A stretch of DNA of 64,000 nucleotides from Candidatus Nomurabacteria bacterium (GTDB lineage Bacteria > Patescibacteriota > Minisyncoccia > Phycocordibacterales > SBAW01): contig CALRFF010000002.1 of the NCBI GenBank assembly GCA_943356495.1, positions 165,875-229,874 of the forward strand. The letters are read 5' to 3'. The position numbers and the translations under genes were made by a program. Under the pieces are notes generated by a model. The model was given only the letters and a program-made list of their open reading frames with translations, ran no database searches and was not told the origin of the DNA. Below, piece after piece: positions 18,752 through 28,354 of this stretch (positions within the stretch are counted from its first letter, which is position 1; each line of letters begins with the position of its first letter).

Positions 18752-19839
18752 AAAAGATTTTAATATTTTCTTTAGCCTACTACCCGCGCGTGGGCGGGGC
18801 CGAGGTGGCTATTAAAGAAATAACCGACCGTATTGCAGACATCGAATTCCACATGGTTACGATGCGTTTTTCACGTACTGATGCGCCGGTCGAACAGGTG
18901 GGCCATGTGCTGGTGCATCGGGTGGGCGGTGGGAGTTCATATATAGACAAAATATTGTTTATCCCGCGCGCGGTACAAACCGCGCGGCGCTTGCACAAAC
19001 AAATCGGGTTTGATGCTTGTTGGTCGATGATGAGTTATATGCTTTTACCTGTAGTTTTGGCGCGGCTCGGCATCCCCTATGCATTAACTCTGCAAGAAGG
19101 AGATACAGAAGAGTACATGTTTGCCCGCGCGCGCATACTGCCGTTTTTATTCTTGTTAAAAAAAGGATTCCGCAATGCCACGGCCGTGTCGGCTCTCTCT
19201 ACTTTTTTGGCGGCGTGGGCAAAACGCATGGGATACGCGGGTAAAGTCGAAGTCATACCCAACGGCGCTGATGTGCAAAAATTTTCAGGAACAAAAGTCT
19301 CGCATCAGGGCACAGTACTTATTACGTCCTCGCGTCTGGTACACAAAAACGCCGTCGACGACGTAATACGAGCGATGGTTTTAGTGCCGGAGGTGCGGTT
19401 TCAAATCGCGGGAGCGGGGCCAGAAGAAGAAAATCTCAAGGCATTAGCTTGCGAGCTTAAGGTCGAGAACCGTATCGAGTGGCTCGGCTATATGGACCAT
19501 AGCCGTTTGGTGTCTCTGCTACATGCCGCGGATATTTATATACGCCCCAGCCGGAGCGAGGGCTTTGGGGCTTCTTTCCCCGAAGCAATGGCGGCGGGGA
19601 TCCCTGTTATTACTACACAAGAAGGGGGTCTTAAAGACTATATAACCCCCGAGGTGGCATGGCCTGTAGAGAAAGATCGGCCCGATCAAATTGCCTTGCA
19701 AATTAAAGCTATTTTGAGTAACCCAGAGCGTACGGCCCAGGTTATAGAAACGGCTCGGGCCATGGTCGTACAAAAATATGACTGGAGCCTCATAGCGCGC
19801 GATATGCGGGAGAAGGTATTCGCCCGTCTTTTTGTATGA
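18748..19839 (+). CDS. Glycosyltransferase family 4
   Basis: C-terminal PSRSEGFGASFPEAMAAGIPVI (E-x7-E GT4 motif). ATG overlaps the upstream stop. Confidence 0.8.
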   Translation: MKKILIFSLAYYPRVGGAEVAIKEITDRIADIEFHMVTMRFSRTDAPVEQVGHVLVHRVGGGSSYIDKILFIPRAVQTARRLHKQIGFDACWSMMSYMLLPVVLARLGIPYALTLQEGDTEEYMFARARILPFLFLLKKGFRNATAVSALSTFLAAWAKRMGYAGKVEVIPNGADVQKFSGTKVSHQGTVLITSSRLVHKNAVDDVIRAMVLVPEVRFQIAGAGPEEENLKALACELKVENRIEWLGYMDHSRLVSLLHAADIYIRPSRSEGFGASFPEAMAAGIPVITTQEGGLKDYITPEVAWPVEKDRPDQIALQIKAILSNPERTAQVIETARAMVVQKYDWSLIARDMREKVFARLFV

Positions 19840-20840
19840 CGCAAAAAAAAGTTTTTATAGCAACCGGCCTGTATCCGCCCCAAAGCGGCGGGCCGGCCAC
19901 CTACAGCAAATTTCTTGAAGAGCGCCTGCCGGCTCTCGGGTTTGCCGTGTCTGTGTTGCCGTACCGCCGCGTGCGCCGTGTGCCGAAGATACTCAGGCAT
20001 GCCGCATATTTTTTTATGAGCATCGGCTACGCGGCCGACGCCGATATAGTGTATGCGCTCGACACGGTAAGCGTCGGGTTCCCCGCGGTGCTGGCGGCCA
20101 TGGTAACGGGTAAACCGTTTGTGGTACGGGTGCCCGGGGATTACGCGTGGGAGCAGGGGCGGCAACGCTTCGGTGTTACCGAGGAGCTCGACGAATTTCA
20201 AACTAAAAAGTACGGTTGGAAGCTGGAGCTCTTGCGCCGCGCGCAGCGGTTTGTGGTTAACCGTGCGCGTGTGGTCGTGGTGCCGAGCGAGTATATGAAA
20301 CAGCTCGTCAGCGCGTGGACAAACCCTGCAAAAGTGCACCGTATCTACACCAGTATCGCGCTCCCGCCGGCGTACGAATTGCCGCAGGACAGACCTCAGG
20401 GTTTTCTTGTGGTGTCGTTCGGGCGCAAGGTACCGTGGAAAGGTTTTGAGGCGCTTGAGCGCGTGGTGTCCCAAGAGCCGCGTTGGAAGCTAAAAATCTT
20501 CAGCGAGTTGCCGCACGCGCAAGCCATGGGATGGCTTAAAACCGCGGACGTGTACGTTAACAACTCTACCTACGAAGGCCTTTCGCACCAGTTAGTCGAG
20601 GCGTTGTCGCTCGGCACGCCGATTATTGCCACCGATGTTGGCGGCAACCCAGAGGTAGTAAAAGACGCAGGGCTTTTAGTGCCGGCTCAAGACGACGAAG
20701 CGCTGTATCAGGCCATACGTAACGTCGAGGCGGACAGAGTTGCGGCCAGCGAGCGCGCGGTACGCGGCTTGGTGCGCGCGAAAGAATTTAACATTGATAG
20801 CGCGCTTACCCGCCTTTCGACACTTCTTAACACCTTATGA
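19836..20840 (+). CDS. Glycosyltransferase (GT4-like)
   Basis: NNSTYEGLSHQLVEALSLGTPIIATDVGG motif. Translationally coupled (ATGA) to its neighbours. Confidence 0.75.
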   Translation: MTQKKVFIATGLYPPQSGGPATYSKFLEERLPALGFAVSVLPYRRVRRVPKILRHAAYFFMSIGYAADADIVYALDTVSVGFPAVLAAMVTGKPFVVRVPGDYAWEQGRQRFGVTEELDEFQTKKYGWKLELLRRAQRFVVNRARVVVVPSEYMKQLVSAWTNPAKVHRIYTSIALPPAYELPQDRPQGFLVVSFGRKVPWKGFEALERVVSQEPRWKLKIFSELPHAQAMGWLKTADVYVNNSTYEGLSHQLVEALSLGTPIIATDVGGNPEVVKDAGLLVPAQDDEALYQAIRNVEADRVAASERAVRGLVRAKEFNIDSALTRLSTLLNTL

Positions 20841-21724
20841 AAGTCCTTATGATAACGGGCGACAAACGGTTCGGCCCCGGCCACCCGCGTTTCGATGCGC
20901 AGGCCGGGGCGGTTGAGCGCTTGGAGGTCATTTTTTGGGGCCGCGGAGCTTTGTGGCCCAAAGTGCCGCAAGGCCCCTTCGATGTGGTGACCGTGCAGGA
21001 CCCCTTTTGGCGGGGGCTGTTTGCCAAGCGAGTCGCGCGCATGTTGGGCGCGCGTTTTAACGTACAAGTCCACACCGACCTTGCGGCCCAGCCGCTGGTG
21101 CGGCGCGTGTTGGCGAGTATGGTGTTGCGCAAGGCGACTTCGGTCCGCGTGGTGTCGGAAACAATTAAAAAACAGGTGCTACGTTTGGGCGTCCGCGCGC
21201 CTATAACCGTATTGCCGGTGTTTGTAGAGTTGGAGCGTTTTAAAGCGATAGTGCCGGTGCCGCACGCGCAAAAAACAATATTGTGGGTCGGCCGTTTTGA
21301 ATATGAAAAAGACCCCTTACGTGCGCTTGAGATTATACAAACCATACCGGAAGCAACGTTGGTTATGTTGGGCAGCGGGAGTTTAGAGCAAAAACTTCGC
21401 ACCGTATCTGGGAGGCTAAACCTTCCAGTGGAGTTTCCCGGCTGGCACGAGCCGGCGGGTTACTTGGCGCGGGCAGACGTCGTACTGTCGACCTCGCGGC
21501 ACGAAAGTTGGGGGCAAAGCATAGTAGAGGCGCTCGCGGCAGGCGTGCCGGTGGTAGCCCCCGATGTCGGCATTGCGCGGGAAGCCGGCGCTGTAGTCGT
21601 ACCAAGGTCAGACCTCGGTCGGGCGGTTGCTCAGGTGTTGGCCTCGGGTACACGCGGGGTACTTGCGCTTTCGTTGCCTACCAAAGAAGCGTGGGCAAAG
21701 GAGTGGGCACAAAGCCTTGTATGA
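20837..21724 (+). CDS. Glycosyltransferase (GT4-like)
   Basis: SRHESWGQSIVEALAAGVPVVAPDVG motif. Confidence 0.75.
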   Translation: MKVLMITGDKRFGPGHPRFDAQAGAVERLEVIFWGRGALWPKVPQGPFDVVTVQDPFWRGLFAKRVARMLGARFNVQVHTDLAAQPLVRRVLASMVLRKATSVRVVSETIKKQVLRLGVRAPITVLPVFVELERFKAIVPVPHAQKTILWVGRFEYEKDPLRALEIIQTIPEATLVMLGSGSLEQKLRTVSGRLNLPVEFPGWHEPAGYLARADVVLSTSRHESWGQSIVEALAAGVPVVAPDVGIAREAGAVVVPRSDLGRAVAQVLASGTRGVLALSLPTKEAWAKEWAQSLV

Positions 21725-22689
21725 AATTACTTATCTGCGCTCAAGCGGTAGACAAAAACGACCCTATGCTCGGGTTTTTTGTCGCGTGGGTGGCCGAGTT
21801 GTCGACGCACTACGAACAGGTAACCGTGCTGTGTCTGCGGGAAGGTGAGCATAAGCTCCCGCCTAATGTTACGGTGCTGTGCTTGGGGCGCGGACGTCTC
21901 ATGCGTTTGGCCCAACTACTACGATATATCGTAGTGCTTCGAAAAAATTACGACGCGGTATTTGTGCACATGAGCCAAGAGTTTGTGCTTGCCGCCGGCT
22001 GGCTGTGGACGCTGCTTGGTAAAAAAATATATCTCTGGCGCAACCATTATGCGGGCTCATTGCTTACCTCGTTCGCCGCACGTAGCGCTGCAACCGTATT
22101 TTATACATCCGCATTTTCGTATACCGCGCGCTACCGCAATGCGGTACGTATGCCGGTCGGAGTAGTACTGCAGGCAGTGCCCGCACTACCCCGCGTCCCG
22201 CACTCGGTGCTCTTTTTGGGCCGCATTGCCCCTAGCAAACGTCCGGAGCTATTGCTCGAGGCCGCGCGCCTGCTTACAACGCCGGTCCAGCTGTCGTTCG
22301 TTGGTCCTGCAGACAAGGCCTACCTAGCCTCGCTTACGGCCCGCGCACCGGAGGGTACGCAGTTTTCCGCCGGTGTGCCGCACGCCGACACACCGCGGGT
22401 GTTTGCGGCGCACGAACTGTTCGTCAACCTTTCTCCGTCGGGGATGTTTGATAAAACTATCTTCGAGGCCGCGAGCGCGGGCTGTGTACCCTTTGCCACC
22501 AGTAAAGACTGGGGGGCGCTTATGCCGGAGTTGTATGTTGATGGCGCCGTGGCGCTCGCGCGCGCGGTAGACCGTTTTTTTGCGCTGCCGGAGGAAGAAA
22601 GGGCGCGTCTGCGCAACGCGGCACGCGCCGAGGCCGAGCGCCAGAGCCTGCCGCGCCTTGCAAAGCGCCTCGTGGAAGAGATGTCCTGA
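21721..22689 (+). CDS. Glycosyltransferase (GT-B fold, GT4-like)
   Basis: Start at MKLLICAQAV (ATGA overlap with upstream stop). FEAASAGCVPFATS in the C-terminal half. The listed ORF start is a spurious in-frame extension. Confidence 0.6.
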   Translation: MKLLICAQAVDKNDPMLGFFVAWVAELSTHYEQVTVLCLREGEHKLPPNVTVLCLGRGRLMRLAQLLRYIVVLRKNYDAVFVHMSQEFVLAAGWLWTLLGKKIYLWRNHYAGSLLTSFAARSAATVFYTSAFSYTARYRNAVRMPVGVVLQAVPALPRVPHSVLFLGRIAPSKRPELLLEAARLLTTPVQLSFVGPADKAYLASLTARAPEGTQFSAGVPHADTPRVFAAHELFVNLSPSGMFDKTIFEAASAGCVPFATSKDWGALMPELYVDGAVALARAVDRFFALPEEERARLRNAARAEAERQSLPRLAKRLVEEMS

Positions 22690-22707
22690 ATAGCCTATAC
22701 TCACCCT

Positions 22708-23304
22708 ATGCGCATGCCTTGGGACGCGTTTGTAGACAGCCATATACGCGAGTTGGCCCGCAAGCGGGACGTGCTTGATGTGGGCGGCGGGGAGCGGTTT
22801 CAAAAGTGGCTGGCTCCGTACCGCGACCTGTTTGCCGGGTCTAACTACCGTACGTTCGACACCGACAAAGTGTCGGGGGCGGACATCGTGGGCGACATAC
22901 ATCACCTGCCGATGCCGGAGCATTCGCTCGACGGGATTATCTGCCAAAGCGTACTCGAGCATGTACACGACCCGCTGCGCGCGATGGCCGAACTTAAGCG
23001 CGTGTTGCGCCCCGGCGGCGCCATGCTGTTGTATGTGCCGTCTATATATCCGTATCATGCACGCAAAGGCGCGTACGGCGACTATTGGCGGTTTTTTGAC
23101 GACACCATAGCGCTTTTATTCGAAGGTTTTGCCGAGGTCGCGGTGTGCAAACGCGGCGGGTACTTTACCGCACTTTCTTTTTTTGTACCGTTCCAACACA
23201 AGATGCGCTTTGTACTCGACCCGCTGGCCTATGTGCTTGATACGTTGCTTGGGACCGTGCGCCGCACGACCACCGCGGGGTACTACGTGTACGCCATCAA
23301 ATGA
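22708..23304 (+). CDS. Class I SAM-dependent methyltransferase
   Basis: VLDVGGGE (motif I), SLDGIICQSVLEHV, LRPGGAMLLYVP - Methyltransf_11-like. Confidence 0.7.
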   Translation: MRMPWDAFVDSHIRELARKRDVLDVGGGERFQKWLAPYRDLFAGSNYRTFDTDKVSGADIVGDIHHLPMPEHSLDGIICQSVLEHVHDPLRAMAELKRVLRPGGAMLLYVPSIYPYHARKGAYGDYWRFFDDTIALLFEGFAEVAVCKRGGYFTALSFFVPFQHKMRFVLDPLAYVLDTLLGTVRRTTTAGYYVYAIK

Positions 23305-24464
23305 AACAACCGCTTACGGTAGTATATGTAGCCGATACGCGGCTCCCGACCGAAAAGGCTCACGGCCTCGCGCTTATGAAGCTGTGCGAAGCGTTTGCCC
23401 GCGCGGGTACGCGCGTCGAGGTGGTGGCGCCGCGCCTGCTGCGTTTGAGTAAAAAAGACCCGTACGAGTATTACGGCGTCAAGCCGCTCTTTACCATTAC
23501 GCGCGTGCCGAGCATCGACCTGCACCCGCTGCGCGTTGCACGGCGCTTGTTGTATCTGGTGCAGATGGTCTCCTTTTCGCTGTGTGCCGCGGCGTACTGC
23601 GCGTGGCAGTACCGTGGCCGTACCGTGGTTTACTTTTCGCACGACTATATGCCGCTATACTTCCTCTCGTTTCTTGGAGTGCCGGTGTATTACGACATTC
23701 ATCACTTCCCCGGCACAAATTTTATGTATCGCCGGATTATGCGCCGTGCAGCCGGGTTTGCGGTGCAGACTAAATGGAAAATAGACGAGTTGCACCGCCG
23801 GTTCGGCATAGCAAAAGAAAAAATAGTGTATTGGCCGAACGGCACCGACGTAGACATCTTTGCGATAGAAGAGAGTGTTGCCGAGGCGCGGCACGCGGTC
23901 GGTTTAAAGGCGCAGGGCCCCGTGGCGCTGTATGTGGGGCAATTTTTTGCATGGAAGGGCGTGGCCACGCTGGTGCGCGCGCTCGCGCATATGCCCCCGG
24001 CCGTACAGTTGGTGCTGGTCGGGGGCACCGAGGAAGACACCAAGCAATTGCAAAAAGAAGTACCCGAAAGCAACAACCCGCGTATATTGTTTGTGCCGTT
24101 TCAAAAACGGGAGACTGTCCCGCATTGGCTGCGCGCCGCCGATGTGCTCGTCTTGCCCAACACCGGCACGCAGGCGGTGTCCAAGTATTACACTTCGCCT
24201 ATGAAATTGTTCGAGTATTTGGCCTCCGGCCGCCCCGTAGTCGCTTCGGACTTACCGAGTATCCGAGAAATTGTGTCTGAAGATACGGCGTACTTGGTGG
24301 CGGCCGACGACCCCGCGGCGCTTGCCCGCGGCATTACGCATGCGCTTACAGACGTGGCAGACGCGGCCGCGCGTGCGGCCCGCGCGCGGGTGCATGGCGC
24401 GCGCTTTACGTGGGACGCCCGCGCACAGGCCATACTGCCGCACCTGCAGCACTGCTCGCTATGA
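23301..24464 (+). CDS. Glycosyltransferase family 4
   Basis: N-terminal GT4 donor domain, C-terminal FEYLASGRPVVASDLPSIREIV. Confidence 0.75.
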   Translation: MKQPLTVVYVADTRLPTEKAHGLALMKLCEAFARAGTRVEVVAPRLLRLSKKDPYEYYGVKPLFTITRVPSIDLHPLRVARRLLYLVQMVSFSLCAAAYCAWQYRGRTVVYFSHDYMPLYFLSFLGVPVYYDIHHFPGTNFMYRRIMRRAAGFAVQTKWKIDELHRRFGIAKEKIVYWPNGTDVDIFAIEESVAEARHAVGLKAQGPVALYVGQFFAWKGVATLVRALAHMPPAVQLVLVGGTEEDTKQLQKEVPESNNPRILFVPFQKRETVPHWLRAADVLVLPNTGTQAVSKYYTSPMKLFEYLASGRPVVASDLPSIREIVSEDTAYLVAADDPAALARGITHALTDVADAAARAARARVHGARFTWDARAQAILPHLQHCSL

Positions 24465-25549
24465 AGATTTGCTTTCTTGCGCACAATTTGCGGCACGACA
24501 ACGGCGGGGGAGTCTTTTCCGCGCATATTATCGAGGCGGCCCAAGCGGCGGGCGCCGAGGTTGTGGCCCTTACGACTCTGCAGTCGGGTAAACCCTACGA
24601 ACGGCCGCTGTTTACCGGCGGCACGTTTGCGCTGGTACGCGATTTGCTGCGCGTGCGCGCCGCGCTTAAAGAAGCCGATATCGTGCATCCGCTCGACACC
24701 TACCCCTACGGCGTTATCGCCGCGTTTGCGGGGTTGGGGCTAAAAAAGAAGTTTATTATCACGGCGGTCGGTACCGGCGCAATAGCCGGACTCTACCGGT
24801 GGCCGAAAAGTTGGCTCATGCGCTTTGCATATGCGCGGGCGGACACGGTGGTTGCTATAAGCACGTTCGTCCGCGACGAAATACAAAAACGGATACCGCA
24901 CCTTGCTATCAAGGTCATTACCCACGGGGTAGAGTACGAGCAGTTTGCCGCACCGGCGCCGGAGTATGTCCCCGCTGCCGCGCACCGGCCGTATATTATT
25001 TCGGTCGGCTCGTTGCGCTGGCGTAAGGGATACAAGTTTAGTATCCGCGGCTTTGCCGAGATACGCGCGCAGATGCCCTCGCTTCACTACCTTATCGTCG
25101 GCAAACGCTATACGGAAAAAGAGTTTAACAATCTCACCGCGCTGATAACGCAACTGGGACTCCAAGATGCAGTGACTATATTGGAGCAGGTAGACTCCGC
25201 CGAAGATATGCGCGCGCTGTATCAGGGCGCCGAGGCCTTTGGATTGTTGTCGCAAAATGACGACCATGACGTAGAAGGCTTTGGCCTTGTCTTTTTGGAG
25301 GCGGCCGCCGCGGGCTTGCCGGTGGTCGGCAGCAGCGGCTGCGGCGTCGCGGATGCTATGGCCGACGGCATTAACGGGTATTTGGTGCCGCCGCGCGACA
25401 CACACGCCTTTGCCCAAGCGATGCTGAAGATACTGCAGACGCCGGGTTTGCGCGGCAAGATGGCGGACGCATCGCGCGCCTTTGCACGCGACAATACATG
25501 GGACAAAAAAATCCCGCAGTACCTAGCGCTGTGGGGGTTACCGCACTAA
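24461..25549 (+). CDS. Glycosyltransferase family 4
   Basis: Start at MKICFLAHNL (ATGA overlap). FLEAAAAGLPVVGSSGCGVADAMADGINGYLVPP. Confidence 0.8.
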   Translation: MKICFLAHNLRHDNGGGVFSAHIIEAAQAAGAEVVALTTLQSGKPYERPLFTGGTFALVRDLLRVRAALKEADIVHPLDTYPYGVIAAFAGLGLKKKFIITAVGTGAIAGLYRWPKSWLMRFAYARADTVVAISTFVRDEIQKRIPHLAIKVITHGVEYEQFAAPAPEYVPAAAHRPYIISVGSLRWRKGYKFSIRGFAEIRAQMPSLHYLIVGKRYTEKEFNNLTALITQLGLQDAVTILEQVDSAEDMRALYQGAEAFGLLSQNDDHDVEGFGLVFLEAAAAGLPVVGSSGCGVADAMADGINGYLVPPRDTHAFAQAMLKILQTPGLRGKMADASRAFARDNTWDKKIPQYLALWGLPH

Positions 25550-26091
25550 CGTTGTTTCGATATTTTCGGCGGGGAAGAGTCCCGAAAGGAAAGACAGTTC
25601 GTACAGGCGCATGCGGCGGCGGTTGGCGTTTACCCAGCGCTCAACCAACCGGTTAAGGAACAGCAGTTTTGAGCCGCGGGGGAAGGTGATGCGCATGCGC
25701 GCGATAGAGGAAAAATGAAAGTCGGTGTAGTAGGTAAGCGCGTGGTTAAACTCGGGCTCGGCCAAAAAAAACTCAAACGTATCGATACTAAAAGTTTTGC
25801 AGTGGGTCGGGTCGACCGCGTTGTTGCGCGAGGTGTAGTGCGGCACGCGCACCACCAAGCGGCCTCCCGGCGCAAGGACGCGATGGATTTCTTTAAGCAG
25901 GGGCAGGTAGTCTATATGCTCGAGCACGTCTTGGCACAACACCTCGTCGCACGAGCCGTCGGCAAAAGGCAGGGGCGCCGCCGCCACGTTAAGTACCATG
26001 TCGACGCCGGGGAGCGCTACGGAGTCTATGTTGACGTAGCCTTGCCGTATATCGCGTCCGCATCCGAGGTTGAGTTTTTGTGCCTCCATGT
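25538..26091 (-). CDS. Class I SAM-dependent methyltransferase (one of only two minus-strand genes in the island)
   Basis: LNLGCGRD (motif I), VLCQDVLEHIDY, LAPGGRLVVRVPHY. Start at MEAQK. Confidence 0.7.
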
Positions 26092-26111
26092 TAGGGTATA
26101 CTAGCGTAAAA

Positions 26112-27137
26112 ATGGCGAAAAAACGAGCATTTATAACAGGCATTACGGGGCAGGACGGGTCGTATTTAGCCGAGCTTCTGCTTGCAAAAGGCTATACCGT
26201 GTACGGCCTTATCCGCCGCAGTTCCAACGATCCGTTGGTGCGGCTGCCTCAGCGTGTCCGCAAAGACATTACCTACTTGTACGGCAACTTGCGCGACAGC
26301 GCCTCGCTGCGCCGCGCGCTCGAGGTGGCGCGGCCGGACGAGATATATAACTTGGCGGCCCAATCGGATGTCGGCGTCTCTTTTAAAATTCCTGAAGAAA
26401 CGTTTGAGATAAACTACCACGGTCTTGGCCGGCTTATACACGAGGCGGTCGCGATTAACCCGAAGGTCCGCATATATCAGGCTTCCACCAGCGAAATGTA
26501 CGGTTCGACCAAGCCGCCGCAGAACGAGCGCTCGCCCTTTAATCCTGTGTCGCCGTACGGCGAAGCAAAGCTGCGCGCACATGAAGACTATGTGGTCGGC
26601 TACCGCGACCGGTACGGCCTGTTTATCTGCTCGGGCATACTTTTTAATCACGAGTCGCCGCGGCGCGGGGAACATTTTGTCACCCGCAAAATAACGCAGT
26701 CGCTCGCCAAGATAAAACTGGGGCTCCAAAAACAGCTCGAGCTCGGAAACCTAGACGCCAAGCGCGACTGGGGGTTTGCCGGCGATTATGTAGAGGCGAT
26801 GTGGCGCATGCTCCAGCAAAAAAAGCCGGTTGACTATGTTATCAGTACGGGCGAAACGCACACGGTGCGTGAGTTTTTGGCCGCGGCCGCTAAGGCACTG
26901 GGTATGACGCTGACGTTTACAGGCAAAGGTCTGCGCGAAACCGCGATGGATGAAAAAGGCCGCGTGCTGGTAAAAATAAATAAAAATTTTTACCGTCCGC
27001 GCGAGGTCCACAGCCTGCGCGGCGACAGCCGCAAGGCGCGCAAAGAACTCGGTTGGGATCCGCAGGTTTCCTTTGACGAGCTGGTAACCATGATGGCGCT
27101 TGCCGACTTTGAGCGCGTGCGACGGGAGCAAAAATGA
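26112..27137 (+). CDS. gmd: GDP-mannose 4,6-dehydratase
   Basis: RAFITGITGQDGSYLAELLLAKGYTVYGLIRRSS plus conserved YGEAKL and NHESPRRG motifs. Confidence 0.9.
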   Translation: MAKKRAFITGITGQDGSYLAELLLAKGYTVYGLIRRSSNDPLVRLPQRVRKDITYLYGNLRDSASLRRALEVARPDEIYNLAAQSDVGVSFKIPEETFEINYHGLGRLIHEAVAINPKVRIYQASTSEMYGSTKPPQNERSPFNPVSPYGEAKLRAHEDYVVGYRDRYGLFICSGILFNHESPRRGEHFVTRKITQSLAKIKLGLQKQLELGNLDAKRDWGFAGDYVEAMWRMLQQKKPVDYVISTGETHTVREFLAAAAKALGMTLTFTGKGLRETAMDEKGRVLVKINKNFYRPREVHSLRGDSRKARKELGWDPQVSFDELVTMMALADFERVRREQK

Positions 27138-28354
27138 ATATCGCCATTATCGTCAGGCGCCTGGACCGCATCGGGGGCGTTGAGCGGCAGGCGTTGTGTC
27201 TTGCCAAGGGCTTGCGCGAGCGCGGACACACCGTAACGCTGTATACTTTTTTCTATAACCCCGAGGCGCTGTTCGGCGGGCTCCGTGATGTTGCGCCGGT
27301 CGTCTCTTTGGGCGCACGGCAGGGCGCGCTGGAGCGGTTTTTGCTTGCGGTGCCGCTCGTCTCTTTTTTTGTGATGGCATATGTCGACCGCCGCCGCTCG
27401 CACGCATTGGCGTTGCGCATTGACCGGTCGACCGAGGTGTTAAACCCCCACGACCAAGTGGTGTATCAGGTGGCGCACTATTATAAAACGTTGGTGCGCG
27501 ACATACCGTCGGTGTGGACGATGGACGACTTGCCCACGCGCGCGTTTACCCGTTACCGCGATGCCGCCTGTTCGGGCCGTAGTGTAGGACTTTTGCATCG
27601 TGTCGTGGACCGCGCGCTTGACGCGGTGGCGGTGCTGCCGTTTATCCCCGCGCAAACAGCGGTTGCCGTGCTTGATGAGCGTGACAAAGCGTGGGTGCGC
27701 GAGCAGTTTGGTAAAGACGCAGTCGTGGTGCGCCCCGGCGCCGACACTGCGGGCTTTGCCTACCGCGCCCGCACGGCGGCAGGGCGTCCGCTGCGTATGC
27801 TTATGGCGGGGATTTATTTCCCGCATCGCCGGTTCGAGGACGGTATTAGAGCGCTCGCACTGTTGCGCGAGCGCGGCATAGAGGCGACGCTTACTATTGT
27901 CGGGCGTTCGCACGCGGCCGATCCGTACGTGTTGCGCGTGCGCGCATTGATAACACAGTTGGGTCTTGAGTCGCAGGTGACTTTGCGGGGAGAAGTAACC
28001 GAAGAAGAGCTGCACGCGCTCCATAGCGCGGCGGACGCGTTTGTGTTTGCCAGCCATTTGCAGTCGTGGGGTATTGCCGTATTTGAGGCCATGGCCTCGG
28101 GTACGCCGGTAGTGGTGTCGCGTAGTGCGGGGGCTTCTGAGGTGCTTACCCACGGACAGACGGCTTTGTTGGTGAAGCCGCTTTCGCCGGTGCAGATTGC
28201 CGACGCCGCAGAGGCATTGGCGGGCGACCCCGCGCTGTATGGGCGCTTAAGCGCGCAAGGCAGGGCGTTTGTCGAGGGGAACCTGCGCTGGGATACAATG
28301 GTTACACAGATGGAGGCGCTTCTGCGGAGCGCCTCTGCTACGTATGGACACTAA
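27134..28354 (+). CDS. Glycosyltransferase family 4
   Basis: FEAMASGTPVVVSRSAGASEVL motif. Confidence 0.75.
   Translation: MNIAIIVRRLDRIGGVERQALCLAKGLRERGHTVTLYTFFYNPEALFGGLRDVAPVVSLGARQGALERFLLAVPLVSFFVMAYVDRRRSHALALRIDRSTEVLNPHDQVVYQVAHYYKTLVRDIPSVWTMDDLPTRAFTRYRDAACSGRSVGLLHRVVDRALDAVAVLPFIPAQTAVAVLDERDKAWVREQFGKDAVVVRPGADTAGFAYRARTAAGRPLRMLMAGIYFPHRRFEDGIRALALLRERGIEATLTIVGRSHAADPYVLRVRALITQLGLESQVTLRGEVTEEELHALHSAADAFVFASHLQSWGIAVFEAMASGTPVVVSRSAGASEVLTHGQTALLVKPLSPVQIADAAEALAGDPALYGRLSAQGRAFVEGNLRWDTMVTQMEALLRSASATYGH

Noticed and set aside
19686-20474. 262-aa minus-strand ORF overlapping two GT4 genes
   Set aside because: His/Arg-rich antisense artefact. It spans a sense-strand gene junction, which real genes rarely do.
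22324-23058. 244-aa minus-strand ORF overlapping the GT/methyltransferase junction
   Set aside because: Same antisense pattern. Sense-strand methyltransferase motifs are clear.
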